IMG/VR virus record: IMGVR_UViG_3300022602_000035
Source: an uncultured virus (IMG/VR IMGVR_UViG_3300022602_000035)
Taxonomy: Duplodnaviria > Heunggongvirae > Uroviricota > Caudoviricetes
Reading direction: 5' to 3' (one strand)
Length of the DNA: 64,000 bases
Part shown: positions 6,978 to 16,115 of the stretch, piece by piece
Layout: every line of letters starts with the position of its first letter
Position numbering within the stretch: position 1 is the first letter of the stretch
Notes under the pieces: generated by a model
What the model was told of the DNA's origin: nothing
Seen by the model: the letters and a program-made list of their open reading frames with translations, nothing else
The model's database searches: none
Made by a program: the position numbers and the translations under genes

Positions 6978-7199
6978 ATGAAAACATATCTAAATTCAAT
7001 AATGTACGCAGTAGGAACACTTCTTATTGATCTAGGCATCATGGTATTAGTAGTTGGTGCACTAGGTGGATTAGGATACTGGATCTACACATTGTTAATA
7101 ACTAATCAAATACCTCTAGCAGTAGTAGTAAGTGGTATTAGTTTAATTATCATTGGTTATATTGTGCATTTCATATTTCGCAATCGCGAAGACGAATAA
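6978..7199 (+). CDS. Small two-helix membrane protein
   Basis: Two hydrophobic segments; start moved to ATG 6978, outside tRNA-Arg. Confidence 0.65.
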   Translation: MKTYLNSIMYAVGTLLIDLGIMVLVVGALGGLGYWIYTLLITNQIPLAVVVSGISLIIIGYIVHFIFRNREDE

Positions 7200-7216
7200 T
7201 TATCACCGAGTAACAC

Positions 7217-7290
7217 GCAGGATTAGTTTAATGGTAAAACGAAACGTTGCCAACGTCTAGTCACGAGTTCGATTCTCGTATCCTGCTCCA
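7217..7290 (+). tRNA. tRNA-Gly(GCC)
   Basis: Loop TTGCCAA, TCCA. Confidence 0.9.
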
Positions 7291-7292
7291 AT

Positions 7293-7367
7293 GGTGTCTA
7301 TAATGTAGCGGTAACATTCAGGATTGTGATTCCTGCATCATGGGTTCGAACCCCATTAGACACCCCA
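7293..7367 (+). tRNA. tRNA-His(GUG)
   Basis: CAGGA-TTGTGAT-TCCTG, G-1:C73, CCA. Confidence 0.92.
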
Positions 7368-7403
7368 CTTGACTTTTTAGTCCGTTGACTGTATAATACA
7401 CAT

Positions 7404-7568
7404 ATGAAAAATAAAAACGCATACACAAAGTTCCAAGAAGCAGAAGATGCTGAAACAGCCTATGCTATGGTATTATCTGGGCAGTGGACTGTTGAACGAT
7501 TTGCTGAATGGTACGATCAGGTCAAACATATTGAATACATGTATGCCACAGCAGATGAGAGCTTTTGA
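7404..7568 (+). CDS. Hypothetical protein (54 aa)
   Basis: ORF directly after promoter TTGACT-17-TATAAT (7369-7397). Confidence 0.6.
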   Translation: MKNKNAYTKFQEAEDAETAYAMVLSGQWTVERFAEWYDQVKHIEYMYATADESF

Positions 7569-7826
7569 GTGACAGAAGAACAACAATTAGCCTGGGATAT
7601 ATTAAGCACACCTGACAATGCGGACTTTAAAGAGTACCGCAGAATGCACTATGCAACATGGCTAACTAAAGAACGCAAGGTATTACTAATATCTGATATG
7701 GAAACAGGTTATATTATTAACTGTATTAACATGCTAGAAGCATTAGGACAAGAAACTACTTTAGCCTACGCAGGCTTAATTGATGAACTAGGAAGGCGAG
7801 GGCATGAATATGAAAACCAAATTTGA
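7569..7826 (+). CDS. Hypothetical phage protein
   Basis: Tightly packed ORF. Confidence 0.65.
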   Translation: MTEEQQLAWDILSTPDNADFKEYRRMHYATWLTKERKVLLISDMETGYIINCINMLEALGQETTLAYAGLIDELGRRGHEYENQI

Positions 7827-8157
7827 TTGGAATGGTCTAAGTGATTTACCTGATGTAAGTCAAGAAGCACTTAAGAACTATTTCTTATATGCTCTACCAC
7901 CAGGTAGTTTCTTAACCAGTTTGTTAAGTTGCGATCCGTGGACCGATGTTATTGCACGTGCAGACCATTGGAACAAAACACGCTTAAAAGAATATTCACT
8001 ATGGCTACAGGACTTTGCTCCGCCAGGTAGTTGGGGTAGCCAAGATATTGTTGCTGATTGGTTACGTAAAGGTTCTGCTTACGAAGCATTCCAAAAGTCT
8101 ATGACTTGGGAAATACTACAAGCAAATGAATATGAATCAAAAGACTATGACTTCTAA
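7804..8157 (+). CDS. Hypothetical phage protein
   Basis: Packed ORF with PPGSFL...D and APPGSWGS pattern. Confidence 0.7.
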   Translation: MNMKTKFDWNGLSDLPDVSQEALKNYFLYALPPGSFLTSLLSCDPWTDVIARADHWNKTRLKEYSLWLQDFAPPGSWGSQDIVADWLRKGSAYEAFQKSMTWEILQANEYESKDYDF

Positions 8158-8338
8158 ACAACCAAGTTGGGTTGAACAACGAGAGGCTCTTCGTCAACAT
8201 GTTGAAGAGCCTTTAGTGTTTGTTGGCGAACGGGGTGCCGATGGAGTTATTGATGGAAAGTTACCCAACGGTGAACCTTACGGTTGGTACAAACGCAGAG
8301 GCACCAAAGATACCAAGTTCAAAGGACGCAAGGTATAA
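8126..8338 (+). CDS. Hypothetical protein
   Basis: Packed ORF. Confidence 0.6.
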   Translation: MNMNQKTMTSKQPSWVEQREALRQHVEEPLVFVGERGADGVIDGKLPNGEPYGWYKRRGTKDTKFKGRKV

Positions 8339-8598
8339 TGTACTACTGTGATATGGGACCGGATGGTGCTGAAATACGCAGTGCTCGCTTTAAACCTAAA
8401 ACTGTTGGGCGGTATGTAATATACCAAGGTGAACACCCGCCTGTACGTTTACTCTACCAAGCACATACTATAGCTATCTTAAATGACAATGGCGATTTAG
8501 TATGGTACAAGCACAGAAATCGTAGTGAGATGGCATTGCTCACTAAAGAAGAACAGCAAGATTTAATGCTACAGATATTAAAAAGTGAGAATTGGTAA
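8338..8598 (+). CDS. Hypothetical protein
   Basis: TAATG coupling to upstream ORF. Confidence 0.6.
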   Translation: MYYCDMGPDGAEIRSARFKPKTVGRYVIYQGEHPPVRLLYQAHTIAILNDNGDLVWYKHRNRSEMALLTKEEQQDLMLQILKSENW

Positions 8599-8981
8599 TG
8601 GACTTTACAATTGACCCAGAATACCTAACCAGTGTAAGCATACGTGAAGAATGGAACACTTATACACAAAATGGTCGTGTGCCAACTAACGAAGAACTTG
8701 TTTTAATTATTCAAGGTAAAGGTGTGTGTTCAACCACAAGTTCAGAAGATCACCCAGAGTTTACTAAACTACGTGAACAGTTAGGTGAACTTGGATACAT
8801 TAGGGTTGAACGCGGTTGGTGGAATGGCGATAGAGTTCTAAAGCCGTTCAAACTTAACGGCAGAAAGTTCAAAGAGGGTGATCAGTTTAGTTGTGGTGCT
8901 GCAATGGGTACGCACCTTATTGTACGTGCTAAACACCCAGAATATTATAAGGATGAATACGATGATGAAACCATGGATTGA
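8592..8981 (+). CDS. Hypothetical protein
   Basis: Packed ORF. Confidence 0.65.
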   Translation: MVMDFTIDPEYLTSVSIREEWNTYTQNGRVPTNEELVLIIQGKGVCSTTSSEDHPEFTKLREQLGELGYIRVERGWWNGDRVLKPFKLNGRKFKEGDQFSCGAAMGTHLIVRAKHPEYYKDEYDDETMD

Positions 8982-9381
8982 AAATATTAGTCTTGATGAT
9001 GTTCGCAAGGGCTATCATTACGACCCAGGTTTCAACAGTATGCTGATCCAGATTGTAGATCCTGGTACAGAATTCCCAACACCTAAATATGACTTCCGTA
9101 AAGTCTATAAGTTTTTCTTTTTAGATGTAGAAGACAATGAGCCAGATGGCTGTTTATACGATGCGGCAATTACCAATGCTGATGCTAAAGGTATTGCCGA
9201 AGCACTGAAAGAAGCGTGGAACGAACATATGAATGTAGTGGTACACTGCCATATGGGTGTAGCACGCAGTGGTGCAGTAGCAGAAGTAGGAGTTATGATT
9301 GGGTTTAGAGATACAGAGAAATTCCGTATTCCTAACTTGATGGTTAAACATAAGTTAATGCACTATTTAGAGTTAGTTTAG
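8962..9381 (+). CDS. Protein-tyrosine/dual-specificity phosphatase-like protein
   Basis: VVHCHMGVARS = HCX5R catalytic loop. Confidence 0.8.
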   Translation: MMKPWIENISLDDVRKGYHYDPGFNSMLIQIVDPGTEFPTPKYDFRKVYKFFFLDVEDNEPDGCLYDAAITNADAKGIAEALKEAWNEHMNVVVHCHMGVARSGAVAEVGVMIGFRDTEKFRIPNLMVKHKLMHYLELV

Positions 9382-9384
9382 AAT

Positions 9385-9460
9385 GCCAACTTAGCAAATG
9401 TGGTCATTGCGGCGGTCTGAAGAGCCGTTGAACTTGGTTCGATCCCAAGAGTTGGCACCA
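9385..9460 (+). tRNA. tRNA-Phe(GAA)
   Basis: GCGGT-CTGAAGA-GCCGT, CCA. Confidence 0.9.
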
Positions 9461-9484
9461 TTAAATACATAAAAGGGTAACGCA

Positions 9485-9955
9485 ATGAAAAAATTGAATT
9501 TCGATGAAGTGCGTGATTTCATTAACGCACAAAGTGATGCAACTAAGATCTACATTGGTGGCGACAGCACACGTTTCCGTAAAAATGGTGTGTGGCATGC
9601 TGAGTATACCTTGGCCATTGTAGTACACATTGATGGTAACCACGGCTGTAAGATCTTTGGTGAAAGTTCAGTTGAAGTAGACTACGATCAAAAGCGTAAT
9701 CGCCCTGCTATGCGACTAATGAACGAAGTATACAAGATCAGTGAACTATACTTGAAGTTACATGAAGTATTAGAAGGACGTGATGTTGCTGTACACTTGG
9801 ACATCAACCCAAATGAACTACATGGTAGTAGTTGCGTAGTACAACAGGCTATTGGTTATATCCGTGGTACTTGTAACGTTATCCCAATGGTTAAACCTAA
9901 CGCCTGGGCTGCAAGTTATGCCGCCGACCGTCTAAAAGAAGTATTGGCTGCTTGA
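9485..9955 (+). CDS. RNase H-like YkuK (DUF458) family protein
   Basis: KIYIGGDS, RLMNEV, VHLDINP, KPNAWAASYAAD. Confidence 0.75.
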   Translation: MKKLNFDEVRDFINAQSDATKIYIGGDSTRFRKNGVWHAEYTLAIVVHIDGNHGCKIFGESSVEVDYDQKRNRPAMRLMNEVYKISELYLKLHEVLEGRDVAVHLDINPNELHGSSCVVQQAIGYIRGTCNVIPMVKPNAWAASYAADRLKEVLAA

Positions 9956-10011
9956 CAAACTAACTAAACGAGTGTATAATAGCACTTGTTTAGTTAATTC
10001 CAAGGACCAAT

Positions 10012-10293
10012 ATGTCAAAAGAAGTTGAAATCAACGAAGGTGATTCAATGGTGGACGTACTTAAACGTCTTGCTGAAGCCAATAGAGTAGAGTATGCAAA
10101 TGCTCCAACTACATTAGAAGAAGCCATTGATCGTTTAGCACGTGCAGAGCAGTTATTAGAAGATCTTGCTCGTGGTGCAGAGTTAGCAGAAATCACAGGC
10201 AACAAGAACTTAACCACTGTGTTTCGTGTGGCTGCAGAAGATTACCTACAGGATAAACTTGTAGTCAAAGAAGAGGAGCCTGAGGAGGCCTAA
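10012..10293 (+). CDS. Hypothetical protein
   Basis: Promoter TTGACA-17-TATAAT and AAGGA upstream. Confidence 0.7.
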   Translation: MSKEVEINEGDSMVDVLKRLAEANRVEYANAPTTLEEAIDRLARAEQLLEDLARGAELAEITGNKNLTTVFRVAAEDYLQDKLVVKEEEPEEA

Positions 10294-10294
10294 T

Positions 10295-11185
10295 ATGAGA
10301 GTAGCAATCGGCAGTGATATACATTTAGAGTTTGGTCCAATCGAACTCTATAATACTGACTCTGCTGATGTTCTCATTCTTGCGGGCGACATCTGTGTGG
10401 CTCGTGACATTGAACTAATGAACAACAACTTACATGCACAGCGTAAGCGTGCTGAACGCTATATTGCTTTCTTTGAGCAGGTAAGTAAAGAGTTCGCCAA
10501 AGTTGTCTACATTATGGGTAATCACGAACACTATCACGGTGACTTCAAATTTACCTATGGTATACTTAAAGGTGCAACTGCACACTTACCTAACTTCCAC
10601 TTGTTGGAAAAAGAAGTATTGGTCGTAGATGATGTTACTATCATTGGTGCTACCTTATGGACTGACATGAATGGCAGTGATCCTACTACCATGCGTGAAA
10701 TGCCACACATGATGAATGACTTCCACGGTGTTGACAACAGCAATTATATGGTACAACGTAAGGTTCCTTTATATCATTATGATGATGAGAATCGTGAGCA
10801 GACTGTTACATATAAGATTAAAGAATCTGCTGGTAAGTTTAAGCCTGATCATGCAGTAGATGACCACAACAAGGCCTTAGACTACATCAATCATGTAACT
10901 GCCGAAAAGGGTGATAGTAAGTTTCTTGTGGTTACACATCACTGCCCAAGTGAACAAAGTGTGCATGACAAGTATAAAGGTGATACACTTATGAACGGTG
11001 GCTTCCGTAGCAACTGTGATGATTTCATTGCATATCGTCCACAGATTAAGTTATGGGTACACGGGCATACACATGAGGACTTTGACTATGTCATTGGTGA
11101 AACACGCATTGTCTGTAACCCCAGAGGCTATGTCAATCACGAAAACCGTGCTGGTTATTTTGAGTTGAAATATATAGATGTATAA
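10295..11185 (+). CDS. Calcineurin-like metallophosphoesterase
   Basis: SDIHLE, LAGDI, GNHEHY, THH, HGHTH, NPRGY. Confidence 0.9.
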   Translation: MRVAIGSDIHLEFGPIELYNTDSADVLILAGDICVARDIELMNNNLHAQRKRAERYIAFFEQVSKEFAKVVYIMGNHEHYHGDFKFTYGILKGATAHLPNFHLLEKEVLVVDDVTIIGATLWTDMNGSDPTTMREMPHMMNDFHGVDNSNYMVQRKVPLYHYDDENREQTVTYKIKESAGKFKPDHAVDDHNKALDYINHVTAEKGDSKFLVVTHHCPSEQSVHDKYKGDTLMNGGFRSNCDDFIAYRPQIKLWVHGHTHEDFDYVIGETRIVCNPRGYVNHENRAGYFELKYIDV

Positions 11186-11193
11186 ATATCTGT

Positions 11194-11553
11194 ATGAAAT
11201 TTCCAGTTATTGAAATCGTTGATCGATATGCTATTGCAGTAGTTAAGCATGCTAATACAGGTGGGGCTAACTCAGAAGAGTTAGCCTTTTATCTTGGCCA
11301 GATGCAGGCCATAAACATCAATCCCCAACATCATCTTGTACAAGAATTAATCGAGCATCATGCGTATGTTTGGTCGTTAGAAGATGACTTCAAAAAATGT
11401 AGAATCGATGCCTTACCTCTAGCAGAAATTGGCAGTAGAGCAATACACATTCGAGATATTGGATTTAAACGGGTAGAACTTAAAAATGCACTTGCTGAAT
11501 TAGCTGGCGACACAGTGCGTGAAATTAAACAGGATCATTTAAGCGAATTATGA
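11194..11553 (+). CDS. Hypothetical protein
   Basis: ORF after TATAAATA box. Confidence 0.7.
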   Translation: MKFPVIEIVDRYAIAVVKHANTGGANSEELAFYLGQMQAININPQHHLVQELIEHHAYVWSLEDDFKKCRIDALPLAEIGSRAIHIRDIGFKRVELKNALAELAGDTVREIKQDHLSEL

Positions 11554-12206
11554 AATACTTACTATTATTACTAACCTTATTCGTTACTTCGGTGCAGGCT
11601 GAAGAAAACTACACAGCCAAACTTGGCGGAACTATTACTACTACAAGTGATTTATATAATGGCACTTTTAGTTATGTAAACAGCGACAAAGAAAAATCAC
11701 CATTGAGTTACTACGTTGACAGTGATTTTTTCTACAGCAACAGCAATAATAAAACAAGTCGCAACGAAGTAAACGCATTTGGCAAAGTTAACTATGAATT
11801 AGGTGATGGCAAAAATTACCTACAAAGTGGTATACGTTACGAATATAATCAATTTGCACCGTACAAAGAAATAGTTACACCTGGTATTGGTCATGGATAT
11901 AGGTTATTCCATACACCGGATTTAAAAGTCAGTGCTGAAAGTAGCATTGGTTATGCTACGGGATCTAATGGATTAGATCAAACTATCTTCCGTGAAAGTA
12001 TTTGGGCCAGTTATAAGATAAACCCTAAGACAGTTATTTCAAATAAATTCTTGTGGGAAACTGGCGGGGTCATTGACTATAAACGTAATGTACTCGAAGT
12101 TGACTATGACTTTAGCGAACACATAATCGGTAGTGTATCTAACACATTAGTTCGCGATTGGCGCAATACCAGTACAACTATTTTCTCAGTCGGTGTTAAA
12201 TTTTAA
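11550..12206 (+). CDS. Outer-membrane beta-barrel protein (DUF481-like)
   Basis: Signal peptide, alternating beta strands, GIGHGYRL, C-terminal SVGVKF. Confidence 0.7.
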   Translation: MKYLLLLLTLFVTSVQAEENYTAKLGGTITTTSDLYNGTFSYVNSDKEKSPLSYYVDSDFFYSNSNNKTSRNEVNAFGKVNYELGDGKNYLQSGIRYEYNQFAPYKEIVTPGIGHGYRLFHTPDLKVSAESSIGYATGSNGLDQTIFRESIWASYKINPKTVISNKFLWETGGVIDYKRNVLEVDYDFSEHIIGSVSNTLVRDWRNTSTTIFSVGVKF

Positions 12207-12275
12207 TACATTTGTAATCTAAATTGTAATCTTAGATTTTAATAAATTATGTAAATAATACACAAGGAGGACATC

Positions 12276-12437
12276 ATGATGAAACAACGTAAATTAATTA
12301 CTAAGTTGTATCGTGCTTGTCTCGACCACGATACAGAAACAATTACAGAACTACGTAAAAAAGAGTTCCTTAAAATTGTGAAACACAAGGCCGAAGGTAA
12401 GCCATTCAACAGCAAATGGTCTATAGTTAGGATCTAA
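12276..12437 (+). CDS. Small basic hypothetical protein (53 aa)
   Basis: AAGGAGG Shine-Dalgarno; followed by terminator. Confidence 0.65.
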   Translation: MMKQRKLITKLYRACLDHDTETITELRKKEFLKIVKHKAEGKPFNSKWSIVRI

Positions 12438-12448
12438 CTGTATCAATT

Positions 12449-12474
12449 AAAAAGCCCCTTAAATGGGGCTTTTT
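12449..12474. terminator. Bidirectional intrinsic terminator
   Basis: AAAAA-GCCCC-TTAAAT-GGGGC-TTTTT between convergent genes. Confidence 0.85.
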
Positions 12475-12477
12475 GTT

Positions 12478-12684
12478 CTATGCGTATGTGGATTCTTCTG
12501 CTGCCATACCATTCGAATTATAAACTACTTCACCATCTGTATTATGTATCTTGGCGTTGTTGTGTGGAGTTCGTTTAACAAATTCCACTGCATCTTCAAC
12601 TTTTTCAAAATACTCTTCGATGGTGTTTAAAAGACCACCAACCCAGGTATGCATTTTTACTTTATGATTTGAGTGCTGGCTCAT
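12478..12684 (-). CDS. Small His-rich hypothetical protein
   Basis: Paralogue of 12681-12920 (HxVKxHxWVxGxL, ends TYA). Confidence 0.7.
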   Translation of the reverse strand: MSQHSNHKVKMHTWVGGLLNTIEEYFEKVEDAVEFVKRTPHNNAKIHNTDGEVVYNSNGMAAEESTYA

Positions 12685-12920
12685 GCGTAGGTATCCAATG
12701 AGCTAGACCCAATATTTGAAATCAATTCGTCAGTTTCACTATCGTAAATCTTAACCACTTGTTCAGTTGGTGCTTCGTAAATTGAATTGCTATGACTACG
12801 TTGCTGATTGTTTGCAAAAGTAAAAGCAGTATCGATGTCATCAAAAAAGTGTGTAACAACTTCTAACTGTCCTCTTACCCATTTATGTATTTTAACATGA
12901 TGTTTATGTTTGTGACTCAT
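12681..12920 (-). CDS. Small His-rich hypothetical protein
   Basis: MSHKHKHHVKIHKWVRGQL. Confidence 0.7.
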   Translation of the reverse strand: MSHKHKHHVKIHKWVRGQLEVVTHFFDDIDTAFTFANNQQRSHSNSIYEAPTEQVVKIYDSETDELISNIGSSSLDTYA

Positions 12921-12924
12921 TTGT

Positions 12925-13980
12925 TTAATCCTTAAATAATTTATACCAAATCTTTGTTGTTTTATCCGTGTATTTAGTTAGATTGCATTGGTTTAACCAT
13001 ACGTTTAATCGAGGATATTCATAGGTTCTAATCATAGCATCAGCGATTTCATCGCTTTCAGCTGGACGAGCATTGAACCATCTAGTAGCCCACGGTATTT
13101 CATAACTACCTACAACTGGAACGCCTTGACTGATTAAGTCAGCTGATACGATATTGAATGTTTCACTAAAATTACATTGAAGTCCAATGTCCATTTCACT
13201 ACATAAGTCTAAGAAACCTTCTCTAGGACGCCACTCGTGCCCTACCATATGATGTCCGCTATCGTGTAGATGCTGAAAGAATCCACGTAGGTTATTCAGC
13301 GCAGAATCACCTTTCATTTCAATACGTCCCACGTTAATATGAAAACGTAACTGTTTACCTACGTAACGAGCAAATTTTAGGGCCGCCACTGCTTGTAACA
13401 TATGATTTTTAAGTGGGCGAACAGCACCAAAGCAGGCTACATCTACCCAATATTTGTTCTTGTCTAAGGTCTTTGTTTGATATTCCTGTGGATAAAAATT
13501 AGGCATATAATAGATACGTTCTTGAGTTTGCCTGTCAGTCCACCCTTTGGCTATCTTAAGATATGCTTGTATTTCATTTAACATCCTAGGGGCATTAACA
13601 CCAATGTCAATATTATCATAGGTAACATAATCACCTAGCCAATCCATGGCCATTCCTTCGCCAGCCATAAATGGCATTTCGCTGTGTAGTCTAATAATCC
13701 ATTTAACAGTTGGATGTAGTTTACATAGTACAGCAAATTTTTGTGGTACTACCCAAAGTGCTTCGATGATAACATGTGTGGGTTTGTGTTTAGTCACTAA
13801 CCTATCAATACAATTATTATCTATAGCAATTTCCATTGCAGATTCTATGCCCATATCTAATAGCATTTGATTTACAAAACTGGCAGAATTAAAAAGCCCC
13901 GTGGATAATCCTTTGGGGCTGTGTTTGACAGGATGATAGTCATCCCTACGTTTTAGAATGAACAGTACTCGAGTTGTCAC
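12925..13980 (-). CDS. GT-B fold glycosyltransferase-like protein
   Basis: FGAVRPLKNH and SETFNIVSADLISQGVPVVGS motifs. Confidence 0.7.
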   Translation of the reverse strand: MTTRVLFILKRRDDYHPVKHSPKGLSTGLFNSASFVNQMLLDMGIESAMEIAIDNNCIDRLVTKHKPTHVIIEALWVVPQKFAVLCKLHPTVKWIIRLHSEMPFMAGEGMAMDWLGDYVTYDNIDIGVNAPRMLNEIQAYLKIAKGWTDRQTQERIYYMPNFYPQEYQTKTLDKNKYWVDVACFGAVRPLKNHMLQAVAALKFARYVGKQLRFHINVGRIEMKGDSALNNLRGFFQHLHDSGHHMVGHEWRPREGFLDLCSEMDIGLQCNFSETFNIVSADLISQGVPVVGSYEIPWATRWFNARPAESDEIADAMIRTYEYPRLNVWLNQCNLTKYTDKTTKIWYKLFKD

Positions 13981-14059
13981 GATTAAAGACCTTTAAATTT
14001 TATATACTAATATTTATACTTTAAAAGATTGCAGTAATATTATTGAATTTATTTGATTT

Positions 14060-14077
14060 TTGTAATAATTCTGCAAT
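14060..14077 (+). promoter_or_regulatory. Pho-box-like tandem repeat
   Basis: TTGTAAT-AATT-CTGCAAT, 11-nt period, each half 5/7 to CTGTCAT. Confidence 0.35.
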
Positions 14078-14099
14078 CATATTATGTTTAAATATTAGT

Positions 14100-14864
14100 A
14101 TGACCAAAGATATCACAGCTTATAAAACCATCTGCATATCAGATGTACATTTAGGTACTAAAGACTGCCAGGCAGATGTACTCAACAACTTCCTTAAACA
14201 TCATACCTGTGAGAATCTATTTCTAATAGGCGATATAATCGATGGATGGAAAATTCAACAAAATAAGTGGCGTTGGAAACAAAGCCATAGTAATGTTATT
14301 CGTAGAATTCTTGGTATGGCCAAGCATGGTGTTTATGTTACCTACGTTACTGGTAACCATGATGAATTCCTTCGCCCATTCGTTATACAGGCATTTGACG
14401 TAGGCAACATTACCATAGTAAACCAAGCAGAATATTGTAGCATAGATGGCGACTTATATTTTATCACACACGGCGATATGTTTGATGGTATAACACGTGC
14501 GGCCAAGTGGTTAAGTTTCTTAGGTGACAAGGCCTATGACTTTGTGCTTTGGGTTAATACCAAATATAACTATATCAGACACAGAATGGGCTTTGGCTAT
14601 TGGAGCCTTAGTAAATATCTCAAACATAAGGTCAAGAAAGCTCTTGACTTTGTCTTTCAATTTGAAATTACACTCACAGATTATGTTCGTAAACGTGGTT
14701 ATGATGGCGTGATCTGTGGGCATATCCATACACCTGAAATTAAACACATCAATGGTATTACCTATATGAATGACGGTGACTGGGTAGAAAGTTGTAGTGC
14801 TCTAGTAGAACACTATGATGGTCGTTGGGAAATTATCTATTGGAACAAGCGCCAAGATGACTAA
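14100..14864 (+). CDS. PlcP-like phospholipase C / LpxH-family metallophosphoesterase
   Basis: ISDVHLGT, GDIIDGW, GNHDEFLR, HGDMFD, CGHIH, YMNDGDWVESCSAL. Confidence 0.85.
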   Translation: MTKDITAYKTICISDVHLGTKDCQADVLNNFLKHHTCENLFLIGDIIDGWKIQQNKWRWKQSHSNVIRRILGMAKHGVYVTYVTGNHDEFLRPFVIQAFDVGNITIVNQAEYCSIDGDLYFITHGDMFDGITRAAKWLSFLGDKAYDFVLWVNTKYNYIRHRMGFGYWSLSKYLKHKVKKALDFVFQFEITLTDYVRKRGYDGVICGHIHTPEIKHINGITYMNDGDWVESCSALVEHYDGRWEIIYWNKRQDD

Positions 14865-15852
14865 AAAGATCTTGGTTGTTACAGACAACTTAAGGGCACA
14901 GGTCAATGGCGTTGTTACCACATTCAAAAATATTGAAAACTATGCTATGGCTGACGGCTTTGACATTGTTTATCTTGATCCCGGGCAGTTCCCTTATTGT
15001 AATGCTCCTGGTTATCCTGAAGTTAAACTTTCCTGGCCGTGGGGTATTGGTAAGAAAATCCAGGCGATTCAAGCGGACCATATCCACATTGCTACAGAAG
15101 GTCCGTTAGGCCTAGCCGCACGCTGTTACCTAGACAGTTGTAAGATCAAATACAATACCAGTTACCATACTAAGTTTCCAGAATTTTTAAATCGTATGTA
15201 CAAGATACCGGAAGGTATTACATACGCTTACATGCGTTGGTTTCACAAACATTCGGGCCGTGTCTTGACCACAACACAGACCATGGTTGATGAACTTCGA
15301 TCACATGGGTTTGATGGAGATATTAAACCCTGGACTAGAGGTGTTGACCGTGATGTATTTACAAGTAAATTACGAGGCAAAACAGCCCCAAAACCTATAC
15401 TACTAAGTGTTGGTCGTGTTAGCAAGGAAAAAGGCCTAGATGATTTCTGTCAATTAGACTACGATGCAGTTAAGATAGTAGTAGGCGATGGCCCTTACCG
15501 AGCAGAGTTAGAAAAGAAATACCCAGATGTCTTATTCACAGGTGCTAAGTTTGGTGAAGAATTAGCCATGTACTATGCCAACGCTGATGTGTTTGTGTTT
15601 ACAAGTCAGACTGATACATTTGGCATTGTTATTATAGAAGCATTGGCCTGTGGTACACCAGTAGCAGCATATCCTGTACCAGGTCCTATTGACATATTAG
15701 AGCAAGGTGTTACGGGCTACATGAGTACAAATTTAAAAAATAATATAGATAACTGTCTAAAGTTAAACCGTAAGGTAGTAGAATCTGCAAGCCAAGCATG
15801 GTCTTGGAATAACTGCTGGCAGATATTTCGTGACAATCTAATAGAAAAATAA
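14857..15852 (+). CDS. GT4 glycosyltransferase, Agt-like (diacylglycerol glycosyltransferase)
   Basis: QVNGVVTT, HIATEGPLG, YHTKFPE, VGRVSKEK, DTFGIVIIEALACGTPVAAYP; overlaps plcP-like gene. Confidence 0.88.
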   Translation: MTKKILVVTDNLRAQVNGVVTTFKNIENYAMADGFDIVYLDPGQFPYCNAPGYPEVKLSWPWGIGKKIQAIQADHIHIATEGPLGLAARCYLDSCKIKYNTSYHTKFPEFLNRMYKIPEGITYAYMRWFHKHSGRVLTTTQTMVDELRSHGFDGDIKPWTRGVDRDVFTSKLRGKTAPKPILLSVGRVSKEKGLDDFCQLDYDAVKIVVGDGPYRAELEKKYPDVLFTGAKFGEELAMYYANADVFVFTSQTDTFGIVIIEALACGTPVAAYPVPGPIDILEQGVTGYMSTNLKNNIDNCLKLNRKVVESASQAWSWNNCWQIFRDNLIEK

Positions 15853-15854
15853 GT

Positions 15855-15998
15855 ATGAAACAACAAACAGAAGATATAATTTTTTATATTTCTATCATAC
15901 CAATTACCATTGTGGCATTTGTGTTTATGGCTGCGGCTGCTACTATTAGCGCAGTTACAATATGGAATGTAGTTGGTTATCTAAAACAGATGTTGTAA
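15855..15998 (+). CDS. Small membrane peptide (47 aa)
   Basis: Hydrophobic ORF directly downstream of GT4 gene. Confidence 0.45.
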   Translation: MKQQTEDIIFYISIIPITIVAFVFMAAAATISAVTIWNVVGYLKQML

Positions 15999-16115
15999 AA
16001 ATACAACACTTAACCAAATTTGTTGCCAGATTACAACAAAAGGTTGACACCTGGCGATAAATACTATACACTGATTATATAACATTAGTGTTATCCAATT
16101 AAATAGGAGAAATAA

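Noticed and set aside
5295..7030. Short ORFs on both strands across the tRNA array
   Set aside because: Translations of tRNA genes (GFEP/GIEP patterns come from antisense T arms)
12212..12230. Second Pho-box-like repeat TTGTAAT-N5-TTGTAAT
   Set aside because: 12-nt period rather than 11 and AT-rich context; too weak
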